This document shows, in pieces, positions 17,279 to 26,984 of a DNA stretch of 64,000 nt (positions are counted from its first letter, which is position 1; the number at the start of each line of letters is the position of its first letter). The DNA lies in contig DASWWW010000004.1 of the NCBI GenBank assembly GCA_036400935.1, positions 7,808 through 71,807 on the forward strand, read 5' to 3'. Origin of the DNA: Minisyncoccota bacterium. Lineage in GTDB: Bacteria; Patescibacteriota; Minisyncoccia; Phycocordibacterales; UBA6065. A model generated the notes under the pieces. The model saw only the letters and a list, made by a program, of their open reading frames with translations. It was not told the origin of the DNA and did no database searches. Both the position numbers and the translations under genes were made by a program.

Positions 17279-18994
17279 CTACCTGTCAGGCGGAATCTCG
17301 TAATAGTTGATGAGGAATTTGGTGAGGTCAATGAACGGCATGGTCAGAGTGTGCGACGCGTATTCCGCGCCTTTAGGATAGACGGTAAAGAGGAAGACGA
17401 TATAGCGCGGCTTCGATGCCGGGAAATAGCCGAAGAACGAGTGCAGGTAGCGGTCCTGATAGTAGCCGCCGCCGGTCTCCTTGGCGATCTGGGCCGTACC
17501 GGTCTTGGCGGCGATCGAGTAATTCTTCTGCTTTACGCTTCCGCCGAGGAGCGCCTGGTCGACGACGTTGACAAGCATGCCCGTAATCTTCTTCGATGTC
17601 TCGGCCGAAAGGACGGGTTCGGATGGGTCGTATGAGATCTCCTTCGACTCGCCGCTGGTGTAGTTTATCCTCTTTACGAGATGCGGGCTCGGCAGGAATC
17701 CGCCGTTGCCGAGGGCAGACAGTGCGCGAACCGTCTCGATAGGCGTAAGGGCGATTCCCTGGCCGAATGACGCGGTGACATGCTCGATGTCGCGCGGGCT
17801 CTTGAGGTTCGACACCAGGCCGTGCACCTCGCCCGGCAGGTCGATGCCCGTCTCATCGCCGAATCCGAAGTCCATGAAGTACTCGGTGAGCTTCTTGTTG
17901 CCCATCTTCTGCGTGACGAATGCCATTCCCGTGTTCAAGGAGTCGTTGAGAACCTTCTGCATGTCGACGACGCCTCGCGCCCTGCCGTCATAGTTGGAAA
18001 TCTTCGCCCCGTTCACGAGGACGAATCCTTTGTCGTCATAGGTAGTCGACGGCGTGACAGCGCCCGCGTCGATGCCGGCAGCCATAGCCAGCGGCTTTAC
18101 GATCGATCCCATCTCATAGACGCGGTCGACCATAGGATTGCCGAAAACGGACGCGTTTTTTTCCTTTGAGAGGTCGTTCGGATCGAACGTCGGATTGACC
18201 GCCATCGCCACAATCTCGCCCGTGTACGGGTCCATGACGATTCCGCCGGTCAAATCCGACTTCCATTTGGCCATGACAGAGGCGAGCTTCGCCTCGAGCT
18301 CGTGCTGCACCGCAGGCTCGATAGTCGTCACGATATCGCCCTCAGACTGCTTATTATCGAAAAGGGCGCCGCTGATATTAGTAAAGATCTGCGCAAAGAA
18401 GTTCACGTACAAGTCGGACGAATCGCGGGACAAGACGTCGTTATAGTACCTCTCGAGGCCATAGCGGCCAGTATGAGTGATGCCGTCATCGGCATAGCCG
18501 GTAAAGCCGAGGACGTTCGATGCCGTCTTGCCGCCCGGGTAGTACCTCCACTTCTCCTTGAACTGGCTAACGCCGGCAAGCTTGAGGGAGCCGATGCGCT
18601 CGGCCGTCGCCTCGTCGACCTTTTTGGCGACTTCGCGGTACGAGTCCGTCTTTTCATCGATCTTGTCGACAAGCGACTCGTCGTCCAAGTCCAAAATGCC
18701 CGAAAGGGCGTTGTACACGTCTTCCGGATACTGAATCTTGCGCGGCTCAAGAGCGACCGTATAGCCGGTCTTGAGCGTGGCTGCCGATATGAGCGTGCCG
18801 GTCTTGGAAGTGAAAAAGACCGAGCCTCTTTCGAATATGGTCTGTCCCGAGCGGATATACTGGCTGTTAGCTTGAGCGCTGTAGGCTTCGCTCTGGATAG
18901 CCTGGACGTAATAAAGCCGTCCCGCGAGGATGAGGGCGAAAAGGCATACGAATATGGCCAGCAGTTTTATGCGCCCTGTCCTGATCGAGACCAT
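17279..18994 (-). CDS. ftsI: class B penicillin-binding protein (FtsI)
   Basis: GSIVK (SxxK), SLN, KTGT; dcw position. Confidence 0.9.
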   Translation of the reverse strand: MVSIRTGRIKLLAIFVCLFALILAGRLYYVQAIQSEAYSAQANSQYIRSGQTIFERGSVFFTSKTGTLISAATLKTGYTVALEPRKIQYPEDVYNALSGILDLDDESLVDKIDEKTDSYREVAKKVDEATAERIGSLKLAGVSQFKEKWRYYPGGKTASNVLGFTGYADDGITHTGRYGLERYYNDVLSRDSSDLYVNFFAQIFTNISGALFDNKQSEGDIVTTIEPAVQHELEAKLASVMAKWKSDLTGGIVMDPYTGEIVAMAVNPTFDPNDLSKEKNASVFGNPMVDRVYEMGSIVKPLAMAAGIDAGAVTPSTTYDDKGFVLVNGAKISNYDGRARGVVDMQKVLNDSLNTGMAFVTQKMGNKKLTEYFMDFGFGDETGIDLPGEVHGLVSNLKSPRDIEHVTASFGQGIALTPIETVRALSALGNGGFLPSPHLVKRINYTSGESKEISYDPSEPVLSAETSKKITGMLVNVVDQALLGGSVKQKNYSIAAKTGTAQIAKETGGGYYQDRYLHSFFGYFPASKPRYIVFLFTVYPKGAEYASHTLTMPFIDLTKFLINYYEIPPDR

Positions 18995-19000
18995 GCTGCG

Positions 19001-19321
19001 TTAGCGATTGAGGGAAAGCGACGCCGCAGAGCTCTTGGCGATATAGACGATGGCCTCAGCCGGCTCCGAATAGCCCTGAGCGAGTGCCGAGTCGAGAGTA
19101 ATAGCCGACTTTGCCGCTACGTACTGGGTCTCGAGGCTGCCGATCGAGGAAGTGAGAGCCGAGATCTGGGACTGCATGCCTTTTGCGGCGATGGCGTTAG
19201 AGACCGCGCCGGCGACGAGAGCGATGTATGCCGAGACAAGAAGACCGATGATAGCCAAAAGAACCCAAGAAGTGATTGGCTTCTCTATTGCCTGAACCTT
19301 TGCTGTTGCGAACTGTGTCAT
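19001..19321 (-). CDS. FtsL-like cell division protein
   Basis: Single TM plus coiled coil between rsmH and ftsI. Confidence 0.65.
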   Translation of the reverse strand: MTQFATAKVQAIEKPITSWVLLAIIGLLVSAYIALVAGAVSNAIAAKGMQSQISALTSSIGSLETQYVAAKSAITLDSALAQGYSEPAEAIVYIAKSSAASLSLNR

Positions 19322-19332
19322 ATCTCTTTTGA

Positions 19333-20232
19333 TTACTCTTTGATAAATATCCTCAACTTTGAGCTTCTCGATCTTGGATTCCTCTCCATTTCCTCGTCCG
19401 TCGGCACTATCGGCTTCTTCGTCGTCTGCTTTCCCCTTCCTTCCTTCTCCCAATCCTTCATTAAAACTTTCGCTATGCGGTCCTCGAGGCTATGGAATGA
19501 GATCACCGCCATCCTTCCGCCGGGCGCAAGCGACTCGAGCGCCGCTGCGAGGCCCTGCCTGAGGCTGCCGAGCTCGTCGTTTACCGCGATTCGGAGAGCC
19601 TGAAAGGTTTTCGTGGCTGGATGGGTCTTGCCGTTCTTGTAAGCCCCGGGCACCGCGCTCTTTATGATCTCGACGAGGGCAAACGTCGTCTCGATCGGAG
19701 CGATCTCGCGAGCCTCGACGATCTTTTTCGCGATGCGGCGAGCGTAATGCTCTTCCCCGTATGCGTAGATCACGTTAGCGATGTCCTCTTCCTTCCAGCC
19801 GTTGACGATGTCGCGGGCAGTGAAGGCGTCCTTCCCAGGATTCTTTTCCATCGTCATGAGCAACGGCTCATCAAAACGGAATGAGAATCCCCTGCCCGAC
19901 GAGTCGAGGTGCGGCGAGGATACGCCGAGATCGAGCATGATCTTGTTGGCATGATCCTTTCCCGCCTCAGCGAGAAACTTATCCATCGACGAGAAGTTTC
20001 CCTTGAAGAGCCTGAACGACTCGCCCTCCTTCGCGCCCGCCGCCTCGAGCTTTGCCTTTGATTCCACGAGGGCGTCCTCGTCCCGATCGATGCCTACTAT
20101 GAAAACATTCGGCTCTGTCCTGAAAGCCTCGATCGAGTGCCCCGCGCGGCCAAGCGTACCGTCGACAACGATGTCTCCGGCCCGAAGCTCGAGCCCGCCT
20201 ACCGTCTCATGTAAAAGAACTGATTCGTGCAT
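19333..20232 (-). CDS. rsmH: 16S rRNA m4C1402 methyltransferase
   Basis: HESVLL, DGTLGRAGH, DLGVSS, FHSLEDR, NPRSRSSKLR. Confidence 0.97.
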   Translation of the reverse strand: MHESVLLHETVGGLELRAGDIVVDGTLGRAGHSIEAFRTEPNVFIVGIDRDEDALVESKAKLEAAGAKEGESFRLFKGNFSSMDKFLAEAGKDHANKIMLDLGVSSPHLDSSGRGFSFRFDEPLLMTMEKNPGKDAFTARDIVNGWKEEDIANVIYAYGEEHYARRIAKKIVEAREIAPIETTFALVEIIKSAVPGAYKNGKTHPATKTFQALRIAVNDELGSLRQGLAAALESLAPGGRMAVISFHSLEDRIAKVLMKDWEKEGRGKQTTKKPIVPTDEEMERNPRSRSSKLRIFIKE

Positions 20233-20244
20233 ATTCCAGAAGTC

Positions 20245-20679
20245 TTAGAGCACGCCTACGGAGCCGAGCTTCTCAGCAAGCGCCCCAGCCTTGCCCTCTA
20301 CCTCCTTCTTGTACTCGCCCCACGCCTTGTCGTTCCAGATTTCGACGCGAGACTGCACGCCGACGACCGCCACCTTGCCCTTGAGGTTCGCCCACTTCTG
20401 AAGGAAGTCAGGAACGAGGATGCGGCCGATAGAGTCGATATCCGCCTCTATCGCACCTCCGAACATGAAGCGCGAGAACGAGCGGGTGTCCGACTGGCCG
20501 AACGACGCGTCAGAGAGCTTGCCCGCGATCTTCTCCCATTCCTTAGGCGTGAATACGAAAAGACAGTGATCGAGCCCTGGAGTGACTACGACCTTCTTTC
20601 CCATCTTCTCTCGGAACTTTACCGGGAGAGAGATGCGGTTCTTTTCATCTATAGAGTGAGTGTATTCGCCTATCAGCAT
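20245..20679 (-). CDS. mraZ: transcriptional regulator MraZ
   Basis: GEYTHSIDEKNRISLP and DSIGRILVP. Confidence 0.97.
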   Translation of the reverse strand: MLIGEYTHSIDEKNRISLPVKFREKMGKKVVVTPGLDHCLFVFTPKEWEKIAGKLSDASFGQSDTRSFSRFMFGGAIEADIDSIGRILVPDFLQKWANLKGKVAVVGVQSRVEIWNDKAWGEYKKEVEGKAGALAEKLGSVGVL

Positions 20680-20698
20680 GGAAACTTCTCGCTACTTT

Positions 20699-20830
20699 CT
20701 ACTGCTTCTTTGCCGAAGCTTTCTTGATCGGGACAAGCTCTCGGAGCTTCATTCCCTTCACCTGCGTCACCTTTACTTCAATCGTTCCAAAGCTAGTGAG
20801 GACCTTGGAAACTGTTTGAACGATTCGCAT
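20699..20830 (-). CDS. 43-aa basic small protein heading the dcw operon
   Basis: Hand translation MRIVQTVSKVLTSFGTIEVKVTQVKGMKLRELVPIKKASAKKQ*, lying between the MraZ boxes and mraZ. Confidence 0.5.
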   Translation of the reverse strand: MRIVQTVSKVLTSFGTIEVKVTQVKGMKLRELVPIKKASAKKQ

Positions 20831-20865
20831 GGCATCGTGGGCTTTTTATGTGAAAAATAATCTTT

Positions 20866-20931
20866 TCCACCTTTTCCCACTTACTAGATATTTTATAACA
20901 CTTTGTCCCACAATGATACACGAAAATCCAC
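20866..20931 (-). promoter_or_regulatory. MraZ-binding GTG(G/T) boxes and dcw promoter
   Basis: GTGG/GTGT boxes at about 10-nt period (plus-strand CAC ending 20870, 20880, 20901, 20911, 20921, 20931) around a TAAAAT -10. Confidence 0.7.
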
Positions 20932-20951
20932 TTTAACTGTGCATAACTTTC

Positions 20952-21054
20952 GCCTCCCGCAGTGAATCCGGAGCACGGGTCGTTTCGATGGACGAAACGT
21001 CTTTCAACTCGAGCCGTCGCCCTCCGTTAATCTCCGGATTCACTGCGGAAAGGC
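20952..21054. repeat. 17-bp perfect inverted repeat enclosing about 60 bp
   Basis: ccgcagtgaatccggag (20957-20973) / ctccggattcactgcgg (21032-21048). Confidence 0.8.
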
Positions 21055-21169
21055 TCAATTCCAGAGCGTCGGGCTCCGAGAGCCCCTTAAAAGCAGGAGG
21101 AAGAGGAAGCTTGGACTCAAAAGTGGCGTTTTGGGCATAAAAAAGCGCCGTTCATAAAAGAACAGCGCG

Positions 21170-21574
21170 TCAGATCTTATTCGAAACAGAGACAGTGGTG
21201 CGACAGGCGAGTTTCCTACCCACCGCGCGACACATATGCGCCAGGATAACGGCAGGGTTGCACAGCGCAAGATCAATAAGAGCGCGGCGCAACAGAACGG
21301 GCGCAATATCAGGTCGGCCAGGAAAATAGCCCATCAAAGATTCTGGATAATGGTGCTTTTCCTCTTCCTTCGCCCAAACAGTGAGTACTGTTGCGGCAAT
21401 CGCAGCAACAACCGACACGAGATTTAGACCAATAACTGCTTGCCATCGGAATTCGGTAGCCCATTCTGTAGCGAGCAATCCGAAGAGCTGCCGGAGCAGC
21501 AAAAACCAGACCGCTATGTTAAACAGAAATACCGCAAGAAGCAGTATGAGTCCGAAAAACTGACGAGTTTTCAT
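21170..21574 (-). CDS. hypothetical membrane protein
   Basis: Two TM segments; no family recognised. Confidence 0.45.
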   Translation of the reverse strand: MKTRQFFGLILLLAVFLFNIAVWFLLLRQLFGLLATEWATEFRWQAVIGLNLVSVVAAIAATVLTVWAKEEEKHHYPESLMGYFPGRPDIAPVLLRRALIDLALCNPAVILAHMCRAVGRKLACRTTVSVSNKI

Positions 21575-21660
21575 AAAGCAAAAATCGATCCCGAGGCAAA
21601 CTTGCTTCAAAGATCGACTATATGCTGGATAATACAATTATTACACCTAAAGTCAAACGA

Positions 21661-23121
21661 CTACCGAGGCCGCATTGTCGGGAAAAGGATGACTTCCTTG
21701 ATATTGCGGGTATTGGTGAGGAGCATAGTGAGGCGGTCGATGCCGATGCCTACGCCGCCGGCTGGAGGCATGCCGTACTCGAGGGCTTCGATAAATTCCT
21801 CATCGTTAGGCTGCGCTTCCGCGTCCCCCGCTTTCGCATTAGCCTCCTCCTTGGTGAATCGCTCGCGCTGGTCGATCGGGTCGTTCAATTCAGAGAACGC
21901 CTTCACGAGCTCCATGCCGCCTGCGACGAGCTGGAATACGTCCACGACCGAAGGATCCTTCTCGGATCGCTTCGCCAATGGAAGCATGTTTACCGGATAG
22001 TCGGTGATGAATGTCGGCTGGATGACCTTTGGCCGAGAAACTTTCTTATAGATATTGTCGATAATCTTCTCGCGAGAGTCCGATCGGTCGACGGTGACGC
22101 CGAGCTTGCGCGCGGTCTTTACTACCGTATCAATGTCGGCAGAGATTGGATCGATACCCGCGCCCTCGGCGACGAGGTCCTTGTAGGTAATGCGCTTGAA
22201 CGGCTTTGAGAAATCGATCTTTGTGTCGCCCGTGTCGATCGCGTCCCCGCCGAGGACTTTCTTAACGAGCTCCTTGAGCATGCTCTCGACGAAATCCATC
22301 TGCTTTGCGGCTGTCGAGAACGCCTCGTAGAACTCGAGCATGGTGAACTCGGGATTATGAGTGACGTCGATGCCCTCATTTCGGAAATTGCGGCCTATTT
22401 CATAGACTTTTGGGAAGCCTCCGATAAGGAGTTTCTTGAGATAGAGTTCAGGAGCGATGCGCAGGAAAAGGTCGATGTCGAGAGCGTTGTGATGCGTCTT
22501 GAAAGGCTCCGCATTGGTCCCTCCCGCCAATGGCTGGAGTGCCGGAGTCTCGACCTCGAGGTATCCCGCTCGATCGAGGAACGAGCGGATGGCCGTGACG
22601 GTCTTGCTACGAATGACGAATCGATTGCGGACCTCTTCCGACATGACGGTGTCGAGGTAGCGTCGGCGAAAGCGCTCCTCGACGTCCTGAAGGCCGCTCC
22701 ACTTCTCAGGTAGCGGCCGCAATGACTTGGCGAGCATCTTCCAGCCTTTCACCGAGAGGCTCTTCTCGCCCTTCTGGGTAAGGAAGAGGTCGCCGGAAAC
22801 CTCGACGATATCGCCGATGTCGACCGTCGCGCCGAAGAGGTCGAAAAGCTTCGGATCGAGAACGTCTTTCTTGATCACGGCCTGGAACGTGCCAGTACCA
22901 TCGAAAAGTGGCACGAACTGGATCGCCCCCTGCCCTCGGATTGCCATGATGCGGCCGGCGATGGTCACGTCGCCCTTGCCTGAAAGCTTGTCGAAGTCAG
23001 CCTTGAGATTGGCAAGCTCGAAATCGCGCCCCGATTCGATCGGGAACGGATTCATGCCCGCCTTCTGCAAGAGCGAGAGCTTCGCGAGCCGGCCTGCGCG
23101 TATTTCTTCGAGTGATGCCAT
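21661..23121 (-). CDS. lysS: lysine--tRNA ligase (class II)
   Basis: LRIAPELYLK, FRNEGID.THNPEFT, YGMPPAGG.GIGIDRL. Confidence 0.98.
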   Translation of the reverse strand: MASLEEIRAGRLAKLSLLQKAGMNPFPIESGRDFELANLKADFDKLSGKGDVTIAGRIMAIRGQGAIQFVPLFDGTGTFQAVIKKDVLDPKLFDLFGATVDIGDIVEVSGDLFLTQKGEKSLSVKGWKMLAKSLRPLPEKWSGLQDVEERFRRRYLDTVMSEEVRNRFVIRSKTVTAIRSFLDRAGYLEVETPALQPLAGGTNAEPFKTHHNALDIDLFLRIAPELYLKKLLIGGFPKVYEIGRNFRNEGIDVTHNPEFTMLEFYEAFSTAAKQMDFVESMLKELVKKVLGGDAIDTGDTKIDFSKPFKRITYKDLVAEGAGIDPISADIDTVVKTARKLGVTVDRSDSREKIIDNIYKKVSRPKVIQPTFITDYPVNMLPLAKRSEKDPSVVDVFQLVAGGMELVKAFSELNDPIDQRERFTKEEANAKAGDAEAQPNDEEFIEALEYGMPPAGGVGIGIDRLTMLLTNTRNIKEVILFPTMRPR

Positions 23122-23138
23122 TATGTTTTAGGCCGAGA

Positions 23139-23615
23139 TTATTCTACGGCTGTGATCTTGTAGACGATCGAGCCCTTCGGGGTCTTTACGGTAACTGAAT
23201 CGCCGCGCTTCTTTCCGATGAGGAGAGAGCCGAGCGGAGACTGGTTCGAGATCTTGCCCTCGAGGGTGTTGACCTCGTCAGAGCCGACGATCTTGAATTT
23301 CTGGACGCCCTTGGCGCCCGACTTCTCGACGGATACCTGTGAGCCGATAGTGACGTGGTCGCCGTGCATGTCGTGGACGATCTCTGCGGTCTTGAGGGTG
23401 TTCTCAATATTGGCGATGCGGTCCTCGATAGTAGCCTGAATCTCGCGCGCCTCCTGGTACTCGGCGTTCTCGGAAAGGTCTCCAAGGGATCGGGCGTATT
23501 CGAGATTGCCCGCGACTTCCTTTCGCTTCACGGTCTTGAGCTCAACAAGCTCCTTTTCGAGCTCCTTGTACTTTTCTTTCGTGAGGTATTTCGTCGTATC
23601 CATTGTCTTTTCCAT
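23139..23615 (-). CDS. greA: transcription elongation factor GreA
   Basis: GDLSENAEY, ISNQSPLG. Confidence 0.97.
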   Translation of the reverse strand: MEKTMDTTKYLTKEKYKELEKELVELKTVKRKEVAGNLEYARSLGDLSENAEYQEAREIQATIEDRIANIENTLKTAEIVHDMHGDHVTIGSQVSVEKSGAKGVQKFKIVGSDEVNTLEGKISNQSPLGSLLIGKKRGDSVTVKTPKGSIVYKITAVE

Positions 23616-23682
23616 AGCTTCAATTTATCAGATTAATGCCAGCATGATACCACAAAAAGCCGCTTTAACCAAGTAAAGCGGC

Positions 23683-25383
23683 TTATTCGGCAGCCCGGAT
23701 GTACTTGGGGTAATTGAGGTGCATCCAGTCGAAAAGCTCGCGCATTACATAGGTGGCGCCATATACATTGGCCCTCGGGCCGTGCTCCATGACCACCACG
23801 AAGGCGTACTGGGGATTATCGTATGGGAAAAAGCCCTCTACCCACGAATTCACGAAAGCTTTCGAGACTCCGAGCTCGGCGGTACCGGTCTTGGCCGCCG
23901 CCTTTAGGTACGGGACGTTGAGGCCGCTCGCCGACCCTTCGGTCGCTCCCTGGCGCATGCCCTCGCGCACGATCTGGAAGTTCGCGGGGTCGATATCGAC
24001 CTGAGTGCTGACGATCGGCGTAGACGTCGAGGATTTGAGGATCGTTGGGGTAAGATACGTGCCGCCATTGGCGATAGTTCCGACGGCGCGGATCATCTGG
24101 AACGGCGTGACCTGGAATCCGTATTGGCCGATAGAGGTAAAGTAAGTGTCTCCGATCCTCCACGGATCGCCCGGAAAGACCTTCTCCTTCCATGAAGGCG
24201 AAGGAATGGTTCCAGCAGGGCTCGCGAAGAAGCCGTCCTCGGTCGACTTGCCGAATCCGAACATTGAAAAGTATTTGTTAAGGCGCTCGATGCCGAGCCC
24301 CTGCACGCCCTCGAAGCCTCCGCCGACTTCGTAGAAATATACGTTAGAAGAGACGGCGATCGCGCGGCGCATGTCTACCGGGCCGTGCGCTTTCCAGTCC
24401 ATGAACGTCGTCTTGCGCTTTGGGTCGTACGGATTCGGGATGCTGATCGAGCCGGTGCTGATGATCTTGGTCTTCGGGTCGATCGTTCCCTCCTCGAGGG
24501 CGCCCAATGCCACGTACGGCTTTACGATCGAGCCTGGCGTATAGAGGCCGGAGAGCACGCGGTTGAAGAGCGGCTTGCGCGAGTCGGTGAGGTAGCTCGT
24601 GATAGTCTCGCGGTCGCTTCCCTCGACCATGATCGAGCTCTTGTATTCCGGGTACGAGGTAAGGGCGATGATCTCGCCCGTGCGCACGTCCATGATGATG
24701 CCTCCCCCGCCGTTGAAGCCCACCTTCTCCGCGAGCCCCGCGATTGACTCATGCAGCTTCTTCTGGACTTCGGCATCGATGGACAGGTTCAAGTTCGCTC
24801 CGTCAACGGCCGGACGGATCACTGATTCGGAATCGACGTCACCCAGGGCGTTCGACTGCATGATTTTCAGGCCATGCGTGCCCTGAAGCATGTCGTTATA
24901 GTATTTTTCCAAGCCGGAGACGCCGACGAAATTCTTTTGATAGTAGTTTCCCGACTTGTCCTTGGTCGGATACTTGATGTAGCCGAGGATATGTCCGAAT
25001 CCGGAATCCTGCGTATACGCGCGGATCGAGAAGTCCTGGCGTTCCGGATCGATAGCGTTCCAAGCGAGCTTCGTACCGTTGCGATCAAAGATGGCGCCGC
25101 GCTCCGCGTATATCACCGTCTGATCCATGGAGTTGTTCTCGCTCATGGCGCTATAGGTCGCGCCGTCCTTGGCCTGCAGGACCCAGGCCTTGCCGAGAAG
25201 GATGACGAGCATCAAGCCGAAAGCCGAGACGAGCATGATGATGCTCGCAAGAGAGATCGGCTTCTCGATCCTGCCCTCGAACTGGTCGGTATCGAGGCCT
25301 GGCAGGTTCTTCGAGTCGAGAAAGATCTCGTCCGGATCGATCTCGTGCCGGACGCATGATTTTTGTCGGCGTTTCAGGTTCAC
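23683..25383 (-). CDS. mrdA: penicillin-binding protein 2
   Basis: PGSIVK, SSNVYFY, KTGTAE; near mreBC. Confidence 0.88.
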   Translation of the reverse strand: MNLKRRQKSCVRHEIDPDEIFLDSKNLPGLDTDQFEGRIEKPISLASIIMLVSAFGLMLVILLGKAWVLQAKDGATYSAMSENNSMDQTVIYAERGAIFDRNGTKLAWNAIDPERQDFSIRAYTQDSGFGHILGYIKYPTKDKSGNYYQKNFVGVSGLEKYYNDMLQGTHGLKIMQSNALGDVDSESVIRPAVDGANLNLSIDAEVQKKLHESIAGLAEKVGFNGGGGIIMDVRTGEIIALTSYPEYKSSIMVEGSDRETITSYLTDSRKPLFNRVLSGLYTPGSIVKPYVALGALEEGTIDPKTKIISTGSISIPNPYDPKRKTTFMDWKAHGPVDMRRAIAVSSNVYFYEVGGGFEGVQGLGIERLNKYFSMFGFGKSTEDGFFASPAGTIPSPSWKEKVFPGDPWRIGDTYFTSIGQYGFQVTPFQMIRAVGTIANGGTYLTPTILKSSTSTPIVSTQVDIDPANFQIVREGMRQGATEGSASGLNVPYLKAAAKTGTAELGVSKAFVNSWVEGFFPYDNPQYAFVVVMEHGPRANVYGATYVMRELFDWMHLNYPKYIRAAE

Positions 25384-25440
25384 GCAGGTATTCTATCACC
25401 TTTTAAAATTCCTTTAACTGCAAAATGATACGGTCCTTGA

Positions 25441-25844
25441 ATGGAAAAGGATTTCGACAAATGGAACTCTTACAAGAAGGGGCTCGATGCGATCCCCCCC
25501 GCATCGAATTTCACGACCGAGAGGTTTGGTGGGCTTCGTTTGGAATAAACGTAGGAGTCGAAATCAACGGCAAGAATAGCGCATTCGAGAGACCTTGCCT
25601 TATCCTTACCAAATTCAACAAGGAGATGGCATGGGCGATTCCGGCGGTATCGAAGGACAGAGACTCAATGTTCTATCTGAGAATAGAGATCGACGGGAAG
25701 CCCTTCATCCTTGCCCTCTCGCAATTGAGAACAATAAGCTCAAAGAGGCTGCTCAGAAAAGAAGGCATGGTGCCGATCAGCACCTACATAGAAATAAAAC
25801 GCAGAATCATGGAATTCCTCATAACGAAAAAAGATCCGCCATGA
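25441..25844 (+). pseudogene. PemK/MazF-family toxin split by a frameshift in a C7 tract
   Basis: MEKDFDKWNSYKK from ATG 25441 is in a different frame from FHDREVWWASFGINVGVEINGK...RPCLIL...LSQLRTISSKRL; one extra C at 25494-25500 joins them. Confidence 0.75.
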
Positions 25845-25931
25845 GCAGATCTTTAATCTCGGAGGCCAAAGCCGTAATGCAGACATCTTACCAAGCGAAA
25901 CCTTTTACCGCAAACAGCGATTCTATACAGC

Positions 25932-26723
25932 ATGTCGAGAATAAAATCAGCACTGCATGAATTGCTCGTCTTTGGCCTCAAGGAGGCGCGAGCCTGCGTA
26001 TTCGCCGGGTCGTTCTTCGTCCTGCTCTTCCTCTCCAATTACGTCCACATAGACGGCCTGGCCCGCTACGATTTCCTGTTTATCGGCGCAATGGCATTGC
26101 AGCTCATCCTCTATCTGACCGGCGTCGAGACCAAGGACGAAGTAAAGACGATCTTCCTCTTCCATATCGTCGGCCTCTGCCTCGAGATATTCAAGACGCA
26201 TCCGTCCGTCGGATCATGGAGCTATCCGGAAGAAGGCATTTTCAAAATCGGCACGGTGCCGCTCTATAGCGGATTCATGTACGCGGCCGTCGGCAGCTAT
26301 ATCGCCCAGGCATGGAAAATTTTGCGCATCGAGCTCGCGGGATTCAAGCATCATGGCTGGAGCGTCGTCCTGTGCGCGGCGATATACGTGAATTTCTTTA
26401 CGAACCACTTCTTCTACGATATCCGCTACATACTTATCCCGATCATCTTCATGTTTTTCTGGAGGACCCGCGTACTCTTTACCGTTACGGAAGAGCGGCG
26501 ATGGATGCCGCTTAATCTGGGATTCCTCCTCACCGCCTTCTTCATCTGGGTCGCCGAGAATATCTCGACATTCTTTGGGGCATGGAAATATCCTAATCAG
26601 GCGCACTCCTGGGACGTGGTGTCGACCCAGAAAGTCACCTCGTGGTTCCTGATGGTCATCATCAGCTTCATCATCGTGTCCTTCCTCAAGCATGTGAAGG
26701 AAGATCGATTCGCAAATAAATAG
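25932..26723 (+). CDS. DUF817-family membrane protein
   Basis: EARACVF, RYDFL, GSWSYPE, PLYSGFMYAAVGSY, AENISTFFGAW.YPNQ. Confidence 0.85.
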   Translation: MSRIKSALHELLVFGLKEARACVFAGSFFVLLFLSNYVHIDGLARYDFLFIGAMALQLILYLTGVETKDEVKTIFLFHIVGLCLEIFKTHPSVGSWSYPEEGIFKIGTVPLYSGFMYAAVGSYIAQAWKILRIELAGFKHHGWSVVLCAAIYVNFFTNHFFYDIRYILIPIIFMFFWRTRVLFTVTEERRWMPLNLGFLLTAFFIWVAENISTFFGAWKYPNQAHSWDVVSTQKVTSWFLMVIISFIIVSFLKHVKEDRFANK

Positions 26724-26725
26724 AG

Positions 26726-26977
26726 TTACTGCCAAGCAAGCTTGTCTCGGAGGAAAGCTGAAATAAGGACGAGGATGACAGCAAGGGCTGTCGCAGGATA
26801 TTGGAATCCGTGAATGCCCAAAGTCGTGCCGTACAGGGCGTCGGCCAGGATGCCGTACAGGATTGCCTCATAGAAGCCGCGGATGGCAAGGCACGCGGCG
26901 ACAAGTACGATGGCGCCGAGCCACCACGGCAGGAAGAGGAGGCATATGATGAGGCCAATATTGAAAGCGGTACGCAT
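26726..26977 (-). CDS. small membrane protein in the mreD position
   Basis: Hydrophobic 83-aa ORF directly after mreC. Confidence 0.65.
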   Translation of the reverse strand: MRTAFNIGLIICLLFLPWWLGAIVLVAACLAIRGFYEAILYGILADALYGTTLGIHGFQYPATALAVILVLISAFLRDKLAWQ

Positions 26978-26984
26978 GAAGCGG

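Noticed and set aside
18302-19603. Long opposite-strand ORFs (also 26883-27776, 38514-39635, 35626-36537 and others)
   Set aside because: Shadow frames produced by high-GC codon bias opposite well-supported genes.
25425-25500. ORF-track N-terminus MIRSLNGKGF... for the toxin
   Set aside because: It starts within the -10 region and lacks the family N-terminus, which is in the frame starting at 25441.
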